Source: Candidatus Parcubacteria bacterium (GTDB lineage: Bacteria > Patescibacteriota > Minisyncoccia > Phycocordibacterales > Zambryskibacteraceae). From it: DNA of 34,616 nucleotides. Of this stretch, positions 9,039 to 17,735 are shown piece by piece (position 1 is the first letter of the stretch; each line of letters begins with the position of its first letter). A program made the translations under genes and the position numbers. The stretch is from positions 86,852 to 121,467 of the forward strand of contig JAIFWN010000001.1 of the NCBI GenBank assembly GCA_019658995.1. Direction: 5' to 3'. Under the pieces are notes generated by a model. The model saw only the letters and a list, made by a program, of their open reading frames with translations, made no database searches and was not told the origin of the DNA.

Positions 9039-9063
9039 GACGCAGAGCATCTCCGCCTCTTAC
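9039..9063 (-). promoter_or_regulatory. putative ECF sigma promoter for the substrate-sortase operon
   Basis: Minus strand GTAAGA-N15-CGTC. Confidence 0.65.
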
Positions 9064-9146
9064 TTGCTTATTCCGCACATCTATGGATACTATAGTTAAG
9101 TAAGAAAGCTCCAAGTTTCCATAGCAGAGTTTCCTATTACAAATCT

Positions 9147-9171
9147 GTAAGAATTCCCTCAACAATACGTC
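9147..9171 (+). promoter_or_regulatory. putative autoregulatory ECF promoter
   Basis: GTAAGA-N15-CGTC directly upstream of the sigma gene. Confidence 0.6.
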
Positions 9172-9176
9172 TTTCT

Positions 9177-9698
9177 ATGTCGGAGCAAAAAAAGGTGCAG
9201 GCTGAATTCCAACAAGTATATGCGGCAGAGTCAGACGCGGTCTTTCGTTTTTGCCTGTTGAGGACATCTGATCATGATATGGCTCTTGATCTCACCCAGG
9301 ACACGTTTATGAGGTTTTGGGATACTCTCTGCAAAGATAAGAAGATCAAGAACTGCAGAGCTTTCCTCTTCGCGGTAGCGAGAAACCTCATCATTGACTG
9401 GTACAGGAAAAAGAAGGCGGTGTCGCTTGAGAGCATGCTCATCGAGGGCTCGGAGGACAAAAACGAGCTCCTTACTTCATCGGCTGGCATAGAGATAGAG
9501 GCTGAAGCCAAGTACCTTGTGAGGCAGATTAATGCTCTGGACGAGACTTATCGCGACGCCGTATACTTAAGATGCGTGGAAGGTCTAAAGCCGAAGGAGA
9601 TAGCCAAGATCATCGGCGAGTCTGCTAATGTGGTCTCCGTGAGAATTAACAGGGGGTTGCGCATACTAAGAGAGCAAATGCACTATGACGATAAATAA
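9177..9698 (+). CDS. ECF-family RNA polymerase sigma factor
   Basis: Region 2 DLTQDTFMRFW...AFLFAVARNLIIDWYRK; region 4 EGLKPKEIAKIIG..NVVSVRINRG. Confidence 0.95.
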   Translation: MSEQKKVQAEFQQVYAAESDAVFRFCLLRTSDHDMALDLTQDTFMRFWDTLCKDKKIKNCRAFLFAVARNLIIDWYRKKKAVSLESMLIEGSEDKNELLTSSAGIEIEAEAKYLVRQINALDETYRDAVYLRCVEGLKPKEIAKIIGESANVVSVRINRGLRILREQMHYDDK

Positions 9699-9876
9699 AA
9701 CACAGTTCGAAAAAGGTTTACAGGGATTACGAAAGCTCTCCATGACTCCCCGCGAGAAGGGCGAGGTTTTCCACAAACTTCATCTCTATACGGAGGCTCG
9801 TCCGGTTCCGGCAACCAGTGATATTTTTGCCGCAGTCGCCAGGTTTTTCAAAAAGAGTTTCCTATTTGTAAAATAG
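9685..9876 (+). CDS. small protein coupled to the ECF sigma, possible minimal anti-sigma
   Basis: Overlaps the sigma stop codon; 63 aa, helical, no clear TM segment. Confidence 0.55.
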   Translation: MTINKTQFEKGLQGLRKLSMTPREKGEVFHKLHLYTEARPVPATSDIFAAVARFFKKSFLFVK

Positions 9877-10563
9877 GGCATCCACCGAGTCCCACCATCC
9901 GTCATTATCGGTATCCATTTTCTTCGGGTCGGTTTTAACGCAGTCTGATGCCACAATCTGACCTATGCACTGCTCTACATCGTCGGCCAGGGTATCTCCA
10001 TCCGTATCAAGCACCATCTCATCAAGTCTCGCAGACATGGTCGATGTTGCGGCTCCCTCCGTGCGTACGATGAGCGCTCCCTGGAAGGGATTCAATGAAA
10101 GGAATTTTATATCTTGGCCGTCTCTTACGAAATACAGTGTCATCCGTGTGATGGATAGCGACTCACCCTCGAGGTGTTTAACATATTCGCTGAAGAGGAT
10201 TATCTGCTTGTCATCATACAGAACGTGTTTCAGATTATTTTTGATGAAGTGGCTGCCGAAATTGTAAGCATTGTCCATGATCTCATAGCAGTCCTTCACT
10301 CTGGCGCTGTCTTTGCATGTCTCAGAGAGCTGGTATGAGAGAGCCTCTACCTTAGGCAGGTCATGGGCTTTCAATGCCGAGATGTAACTCTCGAAAACGC
10401 TCCAGGCGGCATCTTTTACCGCTACACCAGGGGTACCCGGAGTCGAACTTGCAGTAACCTCATATTGGGTCACAGCCGGGGCGCTCGCACGTCTTTCTCC
10501 AAGCAGGACGAAAGCCGCTGCCGCCGCAATAACGATACCTATGAACAGAATCAATTTTTTCAT
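9862..10563 (-). CDS. membrane-anchored protein with C-terminal DxDxD Ca-binding-like repeats
   Basis: N-terminal TM helix; DTDGDTLADDVE and TDPKKMDTDNDGWWD. Confidence 0.75.
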   Translation of the reverse strand: MKKLILFIGIVIAAAAAFVLLGERRASAPAVTQYEVTASSTPGTPGVAVKDAAWSVFESYISALKAHDLPKVEALSYQLSETCKDSARVKDCYEIMDNAYNFGSHFIKNNLKHVLYDDKQIILFSEYVKHLEGESLSITRMTLYFVRDGQDIKFLSLNPFQGALIVRTEGAATSTMSARLDEMVLDTDGDTLADDVEQCIGQIVASDCVKTDPKKMDTDNDGWWDSVDALFYK

Positions 10564-10579
10564 CTAGCTACTATACAAC

Positions 10580-11815
10580 ATGAAGAGCGCCTGGGAAATC
10601 GAAAGAATCAGAGAGTTTAAAAAGCTCGACCACAATACCGAGGCCGATATCTGCATCATAGGAGGAGGTCTGGCCGGAGTGTGGTCTGCGTACCTGCTTT
10701 CCAAAGAAGGGAAGGAAGTGATTCTTATTGAGAAGGATAAGGTCGGCCGGGCGGCTACACTCTATACTACAGCTTTCATAACGCAGGTTATCGATACGGA
10801 TCTGACTGACCTCATCGAAATGTTTGGATCGGACAGAGCCAGACTCTCTTGGCAAGCCGGCGCGGATGCCATAGATCAGATAGCCGATTTCATAAAATAT
10901 GAGGGAATCGAATGCGAATTTGTACGCCTTCCAATGTGCTCATATAGTGACAGAAAGCGGGATCTCGATAAACTTCATCGCGAGGCGGCCGCCGCAACGC
11001 GTCTCGGATTCGAAGCCGGAGTGAGCCATAAGCCGATAGCGGGGTTCGAAAACGCTGTCTCCATGGTGGTGCCGAATCAGGCCAAATACCACCCGATGAA
11101 GTTCTTCAAGGCTTTGGTCAATGCTGCGGTAAGCAGCGGAGTAAAGATTTATGAGGATACCGAAGCGGTAGAAGTCAGCGGTGAGGATCCGGTAATAGTA
11201 AATACGAAAGAGAAAAATTCAATAAAGGTCAGAGATGTCATTGTGGCGACGTACGAACCCCTCAATAATCCCAAACCGACGCACTGGAAGAAGGGTATGT
11301 ACGAGACTTACGTATACGAGCTGGAGCTGCCCAAGGGCGCCATTCCGGAAATGATGTGCGAGGACCTACGTAATCCGTATCACTATTTCCGTGTCGATGA
11401 TCTCGGGGATAAAATGAGGATGATAGCGGGCGGTGAAGATCACAGGGCCGAGCTGAAATTCGAAGAGAGCAAGAGCTTCAGGGCACTTAAGGAATTCATA
11501 GTTAAGACTTTCCCGAAAATAGAATACGAGGTCGTGACCCGCTGGCACGGCGGCATCCTGGAGCCTTCGGACGGACTGTCACTGATAGGCGAGTATGCTC
11601 CGCACCAGTATGTTGCCAGCGCCTTTTCCGGTAACGGTATGACATACTCGGCTATCACCGGCCGTATTCTCACAGACCTTATAATGGAGAGGGGAAGCGA
11701 GTACGAGGAGCTATACGATCCCAAAAGGAGGCTCATGGGCAAGCCCGTGCTCTACAAGTTCCGCGATTACGCCGAAGAATTCCTGGGCGGCGCGGTTAAG
11801 AATTTATTCAAATAA
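10580..11815 (+). CDS. FAD-dependent oxidoreductase (DAO/DadA family, YhfW-like, no Rieske domain)
   Basis: DICIIGGGLAG Rossmann motif, QAKYHP, DGLSLIG and FSGNGMT. Confidence 0.9.
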   Translation: MKSAWEIERIREFKKLDHNTEADICIIGGGLAGVWSAYLLSKEGKEVILIEKDKVGRAATLYTTAFITQVIDTDLTDLIEMFGSDRARLSWQAGADAIDQIADFIKYEGIECEFVRLPMCSYSDRKRDLDKLHREAAAATRLGFEAGVSHKPIAGFENAVSMVVPNQAKYHPMKFFKALVNAAVSSGVKIYEDTEAVEVSGEDPVIVNTKEKNSIKVRDVIVATYEPLNNPKPTHWKKGMYETYVYELELPKGAIPEMMCEDLRNPYHYFRVDDLGDKMRMIAGGEDHRAELKFEESKSFRALKEFIVKTFPKIEYEVVTRWHGGILEPSDGLSLIGEYAPHQYVASAFSGNGMTYSAITGRILTDLIMERGSEYEELYDPKRRLMGKPVLYKFRDYAEEFLGGAVKNLFK

Positions 11816-11820
11816 GCGTC
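11796..11820 (+). promoter_or_regulatory. putative ECF sigma promoter
   Basis: TTAAGA-N15-CGTC, 9 nt before ATG 11830. Confidence 0.55.
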
Positions 11821-11829
11821 TATAATTAC

Positions 11830-12342
11830 ATGCGAAATCTTATCGTCGGGGTTGTCGTGCTAGCGGTCATAATACTCTTTGGCTGGATGATCTTCCGCAA
11901 TCGCAATGCCGCTCCTGCAGACACCGGTACGCCGGGTGTTACTAATACTCCGGGCACAAACAACCCGGACAACAACAGCGGCGGGCCTGCCAAACTGCCT
12001 GTTGTAGGCACTCAGGCAACATCAGACGACATTGTCATTGATACGCCAAAGGTCGGCGACAAAATCGGCTCGCCCCTGACTGTAAAGGGTAGGGCTCGCG
12101 GCGGCTGGTATTTCGAAGCTTCCGCACCGGTTATGGTCATAGACACGAGCGGCAAGGTTCTCGGACAGGGATTCGTCACGGCAGAAGGTGAGTGGATGAC
12201 TTCGGACTTCGTACCGTTCAGCGGCACGGTAAGGTTCAGCGGAGCAACTACCAATGCCGGTGCGGTCGTATTCATGAACGATAATCCTTCTGGTGATCCC
12301 GAGCGTCAGAAGTTCTGGGCCGTTCCGGTAATCTTCAAATAA
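11830..12342 (+). CDS. Gmad2 immunoglobulin-like domain protein
   Basis: TM helix plus linker, then SPLTVKGRARGGWYFEA, GEWMTSDFVPF and DNPSG. Confidence 0.85.
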   Translation: MRNLIVGVVVLAVIILFGWMIFRNRNAAPADTGTPGVTNTPGTNNPDNNSGGPAKLPVVGTQATSDDIVIDTPKVGDKIGSPLTVKGRARGGWYFEASAPVMVIDTSGKVLGQGFVTAEGEWMTSDFVPFSGTVRFSGATTNAGAVVFMNDNPSGDPERQKFWAVPVIFK

Positions 12343-13080
12343 CTATACGGTTTCTGCGTGGGGTGCTCCGCCTTCGGTAGGTATTTCGGCGTCGAGGTGG
12401 AGCGGAATACTCTCTCTTACCGGAGACTTTCTTATGAGGTCGATAATTTCGTCGTGATTGTCGGTGATATGGTACAGAAGGAGATCCTCAGGCAGTATGG
12501 TGCCGCGGGAGAGGAGCTCTGACTGCATGAAGCGCTCCAGGGATTTCCAGTAATCGCTTCCGACGCATATGAGGGGTACGCCAACGATCTTCCTCGTCTG
12601 TATAAGCGTCATAATCTCAAAAAATTCATCCAAAGTTCCCAAACCCCCGGGGTAGAAAACGAAAGCCTCGGCCGAGAAGGATAGACAAACCTTGCGGACG
12701 AAAAAGTAGTACGGGTCAACCTCCTTGGTGATGTATTTGTTTATAGTCTGCGGGTCCGGGAGCTTAATAGTGAGGGCCAGAGATGTGCCGCCACTCTCGA
12801 ATGCGCCCCGGTTGGCAGCTTCCATGATCCCGGGACCACCGCCGGTGAAGACCGAGTAGCCAAGTTCCTTGGCAATCCGGCCCGAGAGCTCGCGGGCTGA
12901 GACGCAATAAGGGTTGTCCTGGTTCATGAGCGAAGATCCGAAGAAGGTAACCGACTTTGGGTAATCCTCGAGGAACTTAAAACCTTCGGTGAACTCCTTG
13001 GTGATCTCGGCGATGCGCTCGCGGGCCAACATTCTCATTTCCTCTCTTGAGAATGTATGGCTGTTTTGATCTTCCTTCAT
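12343..13080 (-). CDS. LOG-family (TIGR00730) nucleotide-processing protein
   Basis: [26 protein letters not shown] and PGGLGTLDE. Start placed at ATG 13080, 7 nt after TATTAT. Confidence 0.92.
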   Translation of the reverse strand: MKEDQNSHTFSREEMRMLARERIAEITKEFTEGFKFLEDYPKSVTFFGSSLMNQDNPYCVSARELSGRIAKELGYSVFTGGGPGIMEAANRGAFESGGTSLALTIKLPDPQTINKYITKEVDPYYFFVRKVCLSFSAEAFVFYPGGLGTLDEFFEIMTLIQTRKIVGVPLICVGSDYWKSLERFMQSELLSRGTILPEDLLLYHITDNHDEIIDLIRKSPVRESIPLHLDAEIPTEGGAPHAETV

Positions 13081-13113
13081 ATGGGTTATAATAACATACA
13101 CACTAATATCAAT

Positions 13114-13581
13114 ATGAAAAACAAAAATACTGCCATTGCCGTAGGAGCGGCCCTCGTAGTTATCGGCTTTCTCTTCTTCGGCAACCTGGTTATGGGTCTA
13201 TTTACTCCTAAGGCTCAAGAAAATAATACCGCCAACATGTCAACCGGATATAAAAAAGATGACGTAGTCGCCGGCACCGGTCCAGCAGCCGCCAAGGGTG
13301 ACAAAGTAACCGTTCACTATGTCGGCACGCTCACCGATGGCAAAGTATTTGATTCTTCGCGAGACCGCGGACAGCCGTTTGTCTTCACTCTCGGAGCGGG
13401 AGGAGTTATACGCGGATGGGATGAGGGTGTGGTCGGCATGAGAGTCGGCGGGACCAGAAGGCTCACGATCGCTCCTGACTACGGATACGGTGACAGGGCG
13501 GTCGGACCGATACCTGCCAACTCCACGCTAGTTTTCGTTGTGGAACTCCTTGGTGTAGAGAAGCCGGCAGCCGTCCGCTAA
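13114..13581 (+). CDS. FKBP-type peptidyl-prolyl isomerase, membrane-anchored
   Basis: [25 protein letters not shown] and [14 protein letters not shown]. Start placed at ATG 13114. Confidence 0.95.
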   Translation: MKNKNTAIAVGAALVVIGFLFFGNLVMGLFTPKAQENNTANMSTGYKKDDVVAGTGPAAAKGDKVTVHYVGTLTDGKVFDSSRDRGQPFVFTLGAGGVIRGWDEGVVGMRVGGTRRLTIAPDYGYGDRAVGPIPANSTLVFVVELLGVEKPAAVR

Positions 13582-13590
13582 TTTAAAAAA

Positions 13591-14217
13591 ATGCTCGAGC
13601 ACCACGCCTACTTGCTCTTAGGCGAGCGTCCGGAGGCTGATGCTTATATTGAAAATGTTTTCGAATCAGCCGGGATCAGACCGGCAGGAAATCCGGATGT
13701 ATTCTTCCTCGAACTTGATGTTTTCGGCGTAAACGATGCCCGCGCCTTGAGTGATCGGGCCATAGAGAAGGCCTTTGGAGATAAGAAGGTGTTTGTCATA
13801 CATGCCGCCAAGTTCACTGCCGAAGCCCAGAACGCGCTTCTCAAAACTTTTGAAGATCCGGTGCCTAATACGCACTTCTTCATTACGGCACGTGAGCACA
13901 GCGTTTTTCTGCCTACGCTTCTTTCTCGCATGCATAGTATTCGCGTCGGAGGAGAAGCGGAAGAGAGCAACGAAGTAAAAAAGTTTTTGAAGAAAACTCC
14001 CAAACAGCGTATAGACTTTGCCAAGAGGTTTGCCGATGAAAAGGAAGAAAGAGGTGCCGCCGCCCTCGCCGAATTCCTCGACTCTCTCCTCATCGAGCTT
14101 CGTGCAAGCGGTGCTCCGCTAGAAATGCAAAAGAAAATATTAAACATGCGCAAATACGCCCGTGACTCGGCCGCCATGCCGCGCCTCATCCTCGAGCACC
14201 TTGCATTATTTTTATAA
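13591..14217 (+). CDS. holB: DNA polymerase III delta-prime-like subunit (short)
   Basis: HHAYLL, NPD, EAQNALLKTFEDP and LPTLLSR. Confidence 0.8.
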   Translation: MLEHHAYLLLGERPEADAYIENVFESAGIRPAGNPDVFFLELDVFGVNDARALSDRAIEKAFGDKKVFVIHAAKFTAEAQNALLKTFEDPVPNTHFFITAREHSVFLPTLLSRMHSIRVGGEAEESNEVKKFLKKTPKQRIDFAKRFADEKEERGAAALAEFLDSLLIELRASGAPLEMQKKILNMRKYARDSAAMPRLILEHLALFL

Positions 14218-14251
14218 AAGAAAGCCGTTCGCGACGAATAGCGAACGGCTT
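14215..14251 (-). terminator. terminator hairpin between convergent genes
   Basis: AAGCCGTTCGC-N8-GCGAACGGCTT with a U-tract on the minus strand. Confidence 0.75.
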
Positions 14252-14263
14252 GGTACGACAGCG

Positions 14264-14695
14264 TTACATCTCAGCTGCCTTGAGATATGGAAGGACATTT
14301 GTGAGACCGGGCATCTTTCGCAACATACCTTCGGCGAGCTCGTTTCGATACTCGTATACGGTCTGCATGTCTTCGACTGAGAAGCTGCCACCCCACCGGT
14401 AGAGCATCTTATTGCCCAACCAGCAGAATGCGCACAGTTTCTTTGCACCCATATCTTTGTTACCCATACTCTCGCTGATGTAAACTCTCCACTCAAGAAC
14501 ATCCGGAGTATGTTCCTCAGTCTTGTTGGAGAACACAGTCAGGCAACCATCGTGTTCCCTCACGAACTTGAGGGCCTCGGGCCCGGCTCGACCGCACATG
14601 AGGCTAGCCAGTTTATCGACGGTCGCCTTCATCATGTCGATATTCTGCGCGCCGGCCAGAATTCGGTCACCGAGCCCCATCATTTCTTTTTCCAT
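14264..14695 (-). CDS. orphan hypothetical protein (143 aa)
   Basis: GGAGGA SD before ATG 14695. It has its own promoter and terminator; the longer ORF-track start runs through the promoter. Confidence 0.7.
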   Translation of the reverse strand: MEKEMMGLGDRILAGAQNIDMMKATVDKLASLMCGRAGPEALKFVREHDGCLTVFSNKTEEHTPDVLEWRVYISESMGNKDMGAKKLCAFCWLGNKMLYRWGGSFSVEDMQTVYEYRNELAEGMLRKMPGLTNVLPYLKAAEM

Positions 14696-14773
14696 TTGAT
14701 CCTCCTCCCATCTCTGGGAGACTTCATGTGAAGTGGCATCTCTGCCGTTGGACTGCCAAAGAACTACTTCTAC

Positions 14774-14803
14774 ATAATACCATACTATGTAGCTATTTGT
14801 CAA
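14774..14803 (-). promoter_or_regulatory. sigma70 promoter
   Basis: TTGACA-N18-TATTAT with a TG extension, overlapped by a CTACATA/TATGTAG inverted repeat (14770-14792). Confidence 0.7.
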
Positions 14804-14852
14804 GCTATAAAATAAGCCCAAGAATAAGGCAGAATTATGATAAAATGCAGCT

Positions 14853-15404
14853 ATGACTTATAACTTCAATCAATTTAAATCTGGCGCAGAGCAGGCAGTA
14901 GAGTGGCTCAAGAGGGAATACGCCGGATTAAGAACTGGGAGAGCTAGCGCTGCGATACTCGATGCTATAAAGGTGGACGCGTATGGAAATGCAATGGCGA
15001 TAAATCAGCTCGCGGCGATAAACGTCGAGGGGCCGGGGTCTATACGTATAGTGCCGTGGGATAGCAATGTTGGTAAGCCTATTGAGTCAGCGATACAGCA
15101 ATCTAATCTTGGTTTGTCTGTAACTATGGATGACAAAGGACTAAGAATCAATTTTCCTCAATTAACCAGCGAAAGGAGGGCAGAGTTAGCTAAGGTCGCC
15201 AAGCAGAAGCTCGAGGAAGCTCGCGTAAGAGTGCGCAACGAGAGAGAAAAGGTCCACTCGGACGTCGATAAACAAGAGAAGGCCGGAGGCATGGGCAAGG
15301 ACGATGCCTACCGTGTAAGACAGGATTTGCAGAAGCTCGTGGACGAAGCCAACAAGAAGCTCGAAGAATTACTTTTGAAAAAGGAAAAAGAAATAACCGA
15401 ATAA
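14853..15404 (+). CDS. frr: ribosome recycling factor
   Basis: LRTGRAS, V.AYG, PQLTSERR, VRNER and KKEKEI. Confidence 0.97.
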   Translation: MTYNFNQFKSGAEQAVEWLKREYAGLRTGRASAAILDAIKVDAYGNAMAINQLAAINVEGPGSIRIVPWDSNVGKPIESAIQQSNLGLSVTMDDKGLRINFPQLTSERRAELAKVAKQKLEEARVRVRNEREKVHSDVDKQEKAGGMGKDDAYRVRQDLQKLVDEANKKLEELLLKKEKEITE

Positions 15405-16139
15405 ATGACAATAATAATTTTCCTCATAATTCTCTCTGTCTTGGTCATTGCCCACGAGTTCGGGCATTTTTGGATTGCCAAGAAAGCCGGCGTGGGGGTG
15501 AAGGAGTTCGGCATCGGCTTCCCGCCGAGGGCCAGGAAACTTTTCAGCTGGATGGGCACTGATTTTACTCTGAACTGGCTGCCGTTCGGCGGCTTCGTCA
15601 AAATGGAAGATGAGGGGGAGCGCAAGATATCTGTTCTCATCGCCGGAGTGGTGGCCAACTTTATCCTGGCCTGGATCCTCTTCACCATCGTACTTATGCT
15701 AGGCATCGAGGGGCAGGACGGATTCGTACAGCGTGGTCTTTTTGACGGGCTTTGGCACGGACTCCTGACTACGGGGAAGATTACCTGGCTTACTATTGGG
15801 GCGATATGGCATCTCCTGGCCGGAGCTTTCACCGGACAGGGCAGTCTGGCTGATGTCGTCGGACCCGTAGGCTTAGTCGGGTTGGTGGGTGAAGCTAAAA
15901 TGCTCGGTCTCTCGTATGTCCTCTACTTTACCGCACTCATATCCGTAAATCTGGCTATCATCAACCTCATACCGGTACCGGCCCTCGACGGCGGCAGAAT
16001 CCTTCTTGTGATCATCGAACGCGTGAGGGGCAAAAGGATCTCGCCGAAGCTTTTCAATATGATCAATCTGGCGAGTTTTGCTCTCCTCATACTGCTTATG
16101 GTGATAATCACCGTGCGCGACATACACAGGCTGTTATAA
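15405..16139 (+). CDS. site-2 protease (M50, RseP-like, no PDZ domain)
   Basis: HEFGH, EFGIGF, LPFGGFV and NLIPVPALDGG. Confidence 0.93.
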   Translation: MTIIIFLIILSVLVIAHEFGHFWIAKKAGVGVKEFGIGFPPRARKLFSWMGTDFTLNWLPFGGFVKMEDEGERKISVLIAGVVANFILAWILFTIVLMLGIEGQDGFVQRGLFDGLWHGLLTTGKITWLTIGAIWHLLAGAFTGQGSLADVVGPVGLVGLVGEAKMLGLSYVLYFTALISVNLAIINLIPVPALDGGRILLVIIERVRGKRISPKLFNMINLASFALLILLMVIITVRDIHRLL

Positions 16140-16146
16140 TAAGTGT

Positions 16147-16449
16147 ATGAGTATGGAAGGTTTAAACCATAAGGAAAGCAGTGAGGCTAGACTCGACAAG
16201 ATGTCTCTTGTTCGTGATGAAATTCGCAATGCGTTGATTATGGTTTCCTGCGGCGACAATGCCGATTTCAACGCATGCATGAAGGAGTGGGCGCTCCATG
16301 GTAACGAAGAGTATGAAAGGTTATTCGAAGAGTTTTCCGGAGAAGATGATAATTTCCTTGACCGCTGGGATGATCCAAAAGAACAGTCGGGTATTATTCG
16401 CCGTTTTGAGGAAAGAATAAGTACGACCACCTTCAAGCGAGCCGCCTAG
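16147..16449 (+). CDS. acidic hypothetical protein
   Basis: 100-aa ORF with TG-n-TATAAT 6 nt upstream of the ATG. Confidence 0.65.
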   Translation: MSMEGLNHKESSEARLDKMSLVRDEIRNALIMVSCGDNADFNACMKEWALHGNEEYERLFEEFSGEDDNFLDRWDDPKEQSGIIRRFEERISTTTFKRAA

Positions 16450-16481
16450 TTTTGACCTCTGTTTTCGGGTACTATATTGCC

Positions 16482-17732
16482 ATGCTGCAAAGCCGGCTTT
16501 TTACCAAGACTCGGAAAGACGCGCCCAAAGATGAGGTCGCACTGAATGCCCAACTTTTGATACGAGGAGGATATATACACAAGGAGATGGCTGGAGCATA
16601 TTCTTATCTCCCGCTCGGTCTCAGGGTACTGGACAAGATTAAGAACATTGTGCGCGAAGAGATGAATTCTCTGGGAGGAGAAGAGCTCGTTATGACCTCT
16701 CTCCAGCGCAAAGAGCTCTGGGAGGAGACCGACAGATGGGACGATGAGAGGGTCGACGTCTGGTTCAAGTCTGCACTCAAAAGCGGCGCGGAAGTCGGCT
16801 TCGGCTGGTCGCACGAAGAGCCTATAACCGACATGATGAAGGAGTATGTTGCGAGTTATCGCGACCTGCCCGTGTATGTGTATCAGTTCCAGACCAAGCT
16901 CCGTAACGAGCTTCGTGCCAAGAGCGGCATCATGCGCGGACGCGAGTTTCTAATGAAAGATATGTACTCCTACACCGCAAGCGAGGAGGCGCATAAGGAG
17001 TTTTATGACAAAGTCACGGCGGCATACCTCAAGATTTTCGAGAGAGTCGGTCTTGGCGATATTACTTATCTTACCTTCGCCTCCGGTGGAGCCTTTACCC
17101 AGTTTAGCCACGAGTTTCAGACAGTTTTGCCGGCCGGGGAAGATACTATTTATATAGATTCTAAGAAGCGCATTGCGGTGAACAAGGAAGTACTAAATGA
17201 TGAAGTGCTTTCAAAGCTCGGTTTGGATAAAAAAGATCTTGTCGAGGAGACGGCGGCGGAGGTTGGTAACATTTTCAGCTTCGGCGGAGCAAAATCAGAA
17301 CAGCTCGGGCTCAATTTCAAGAACGAAGACGGCGAGTCAGTGCCAGTAACTCTCGGTTCGTACGGTATTGGTATAACCAGACTGATGGGTGTAGTGGTGG
17401 AAGCACTCGGCGATGAGAAGGGTATTGTCTGGCCGAAGTCGATTGCCCCTTTCCGCGCACATCTCTTGCTCCTCAGCGAGGATGCGAAGATTAAAGCCCT
17501 GGCTAATGAAGTTTATAAGACTCTCGAGAAGAATGGAGTGGAAGTTCTTTATGACGACCGTGATCAGAGAGCAGGTGAGAAGTTCGCCGATGCCGATCTC
17601 CTGGGTATTCCGAGCCAGATTATTATCGGCAACAAAACCGCGGAGTCAAAACTCTTCGAACTCAAGGACAGAGAAAGCGGAAAGACATCCGAGGTCAATC
17701 TAGAGCATCTGATCGCAGAACTTAGAGGTTAG
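16482..17732 (+). CDS. proS: proline--tRNA ligase (no editing insertion)
   Basis: LLIRGGYI, LRNELRAKSGIMRGREF.MKD.YS, GSYGIG.TR and the anticodon domain YDDR...GEKFADADL.G.P. Start placed at ATG 16482. Confidence 0.93.
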   Translation: MLQSRLFTKTRKDAPKDEVALNAQLLIRGGYIHKEMAGAYSYLPLGLRVLDKIKNIVREEMNSLGGEELVMTSLQRKELWEETDRWDDERVDVWFKSALKSGAEVGFGWSHEEPITDMMKEYVASYRDLPVYVYQFQTKLRNELRAKSGIMRGREFLMKDMYSYTASEEAHKEFYDKVTAAYLKIFERVGLGDITYLTFASGGAFTQFSHEFQTVLPAGEDTIYIDSKKRIAVNKEVLNDEVLSKLGLDKKDLVEETAAEVGNIFSFGGAKSEQLGLNFKNEDGESVPVTLGSYGIGITRLMGVVVEALGDEKGIVWPKSIAPFRAHLLLLSEDAKIKALANEVYKTLEKNGVEVLYDDRDQRAGEKFADADLLGIPSQIIIGNKTAESKLFELKDRESGKTSEVNLEHLIAELRG

Positions 17733-17735
17733 TTT

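Noticed and set aside
14696-14821. N-terminal extension of the 185-aa ORF
   Set aside because: It runs through the promoter and leader; a strong SD supports ATG 14695.
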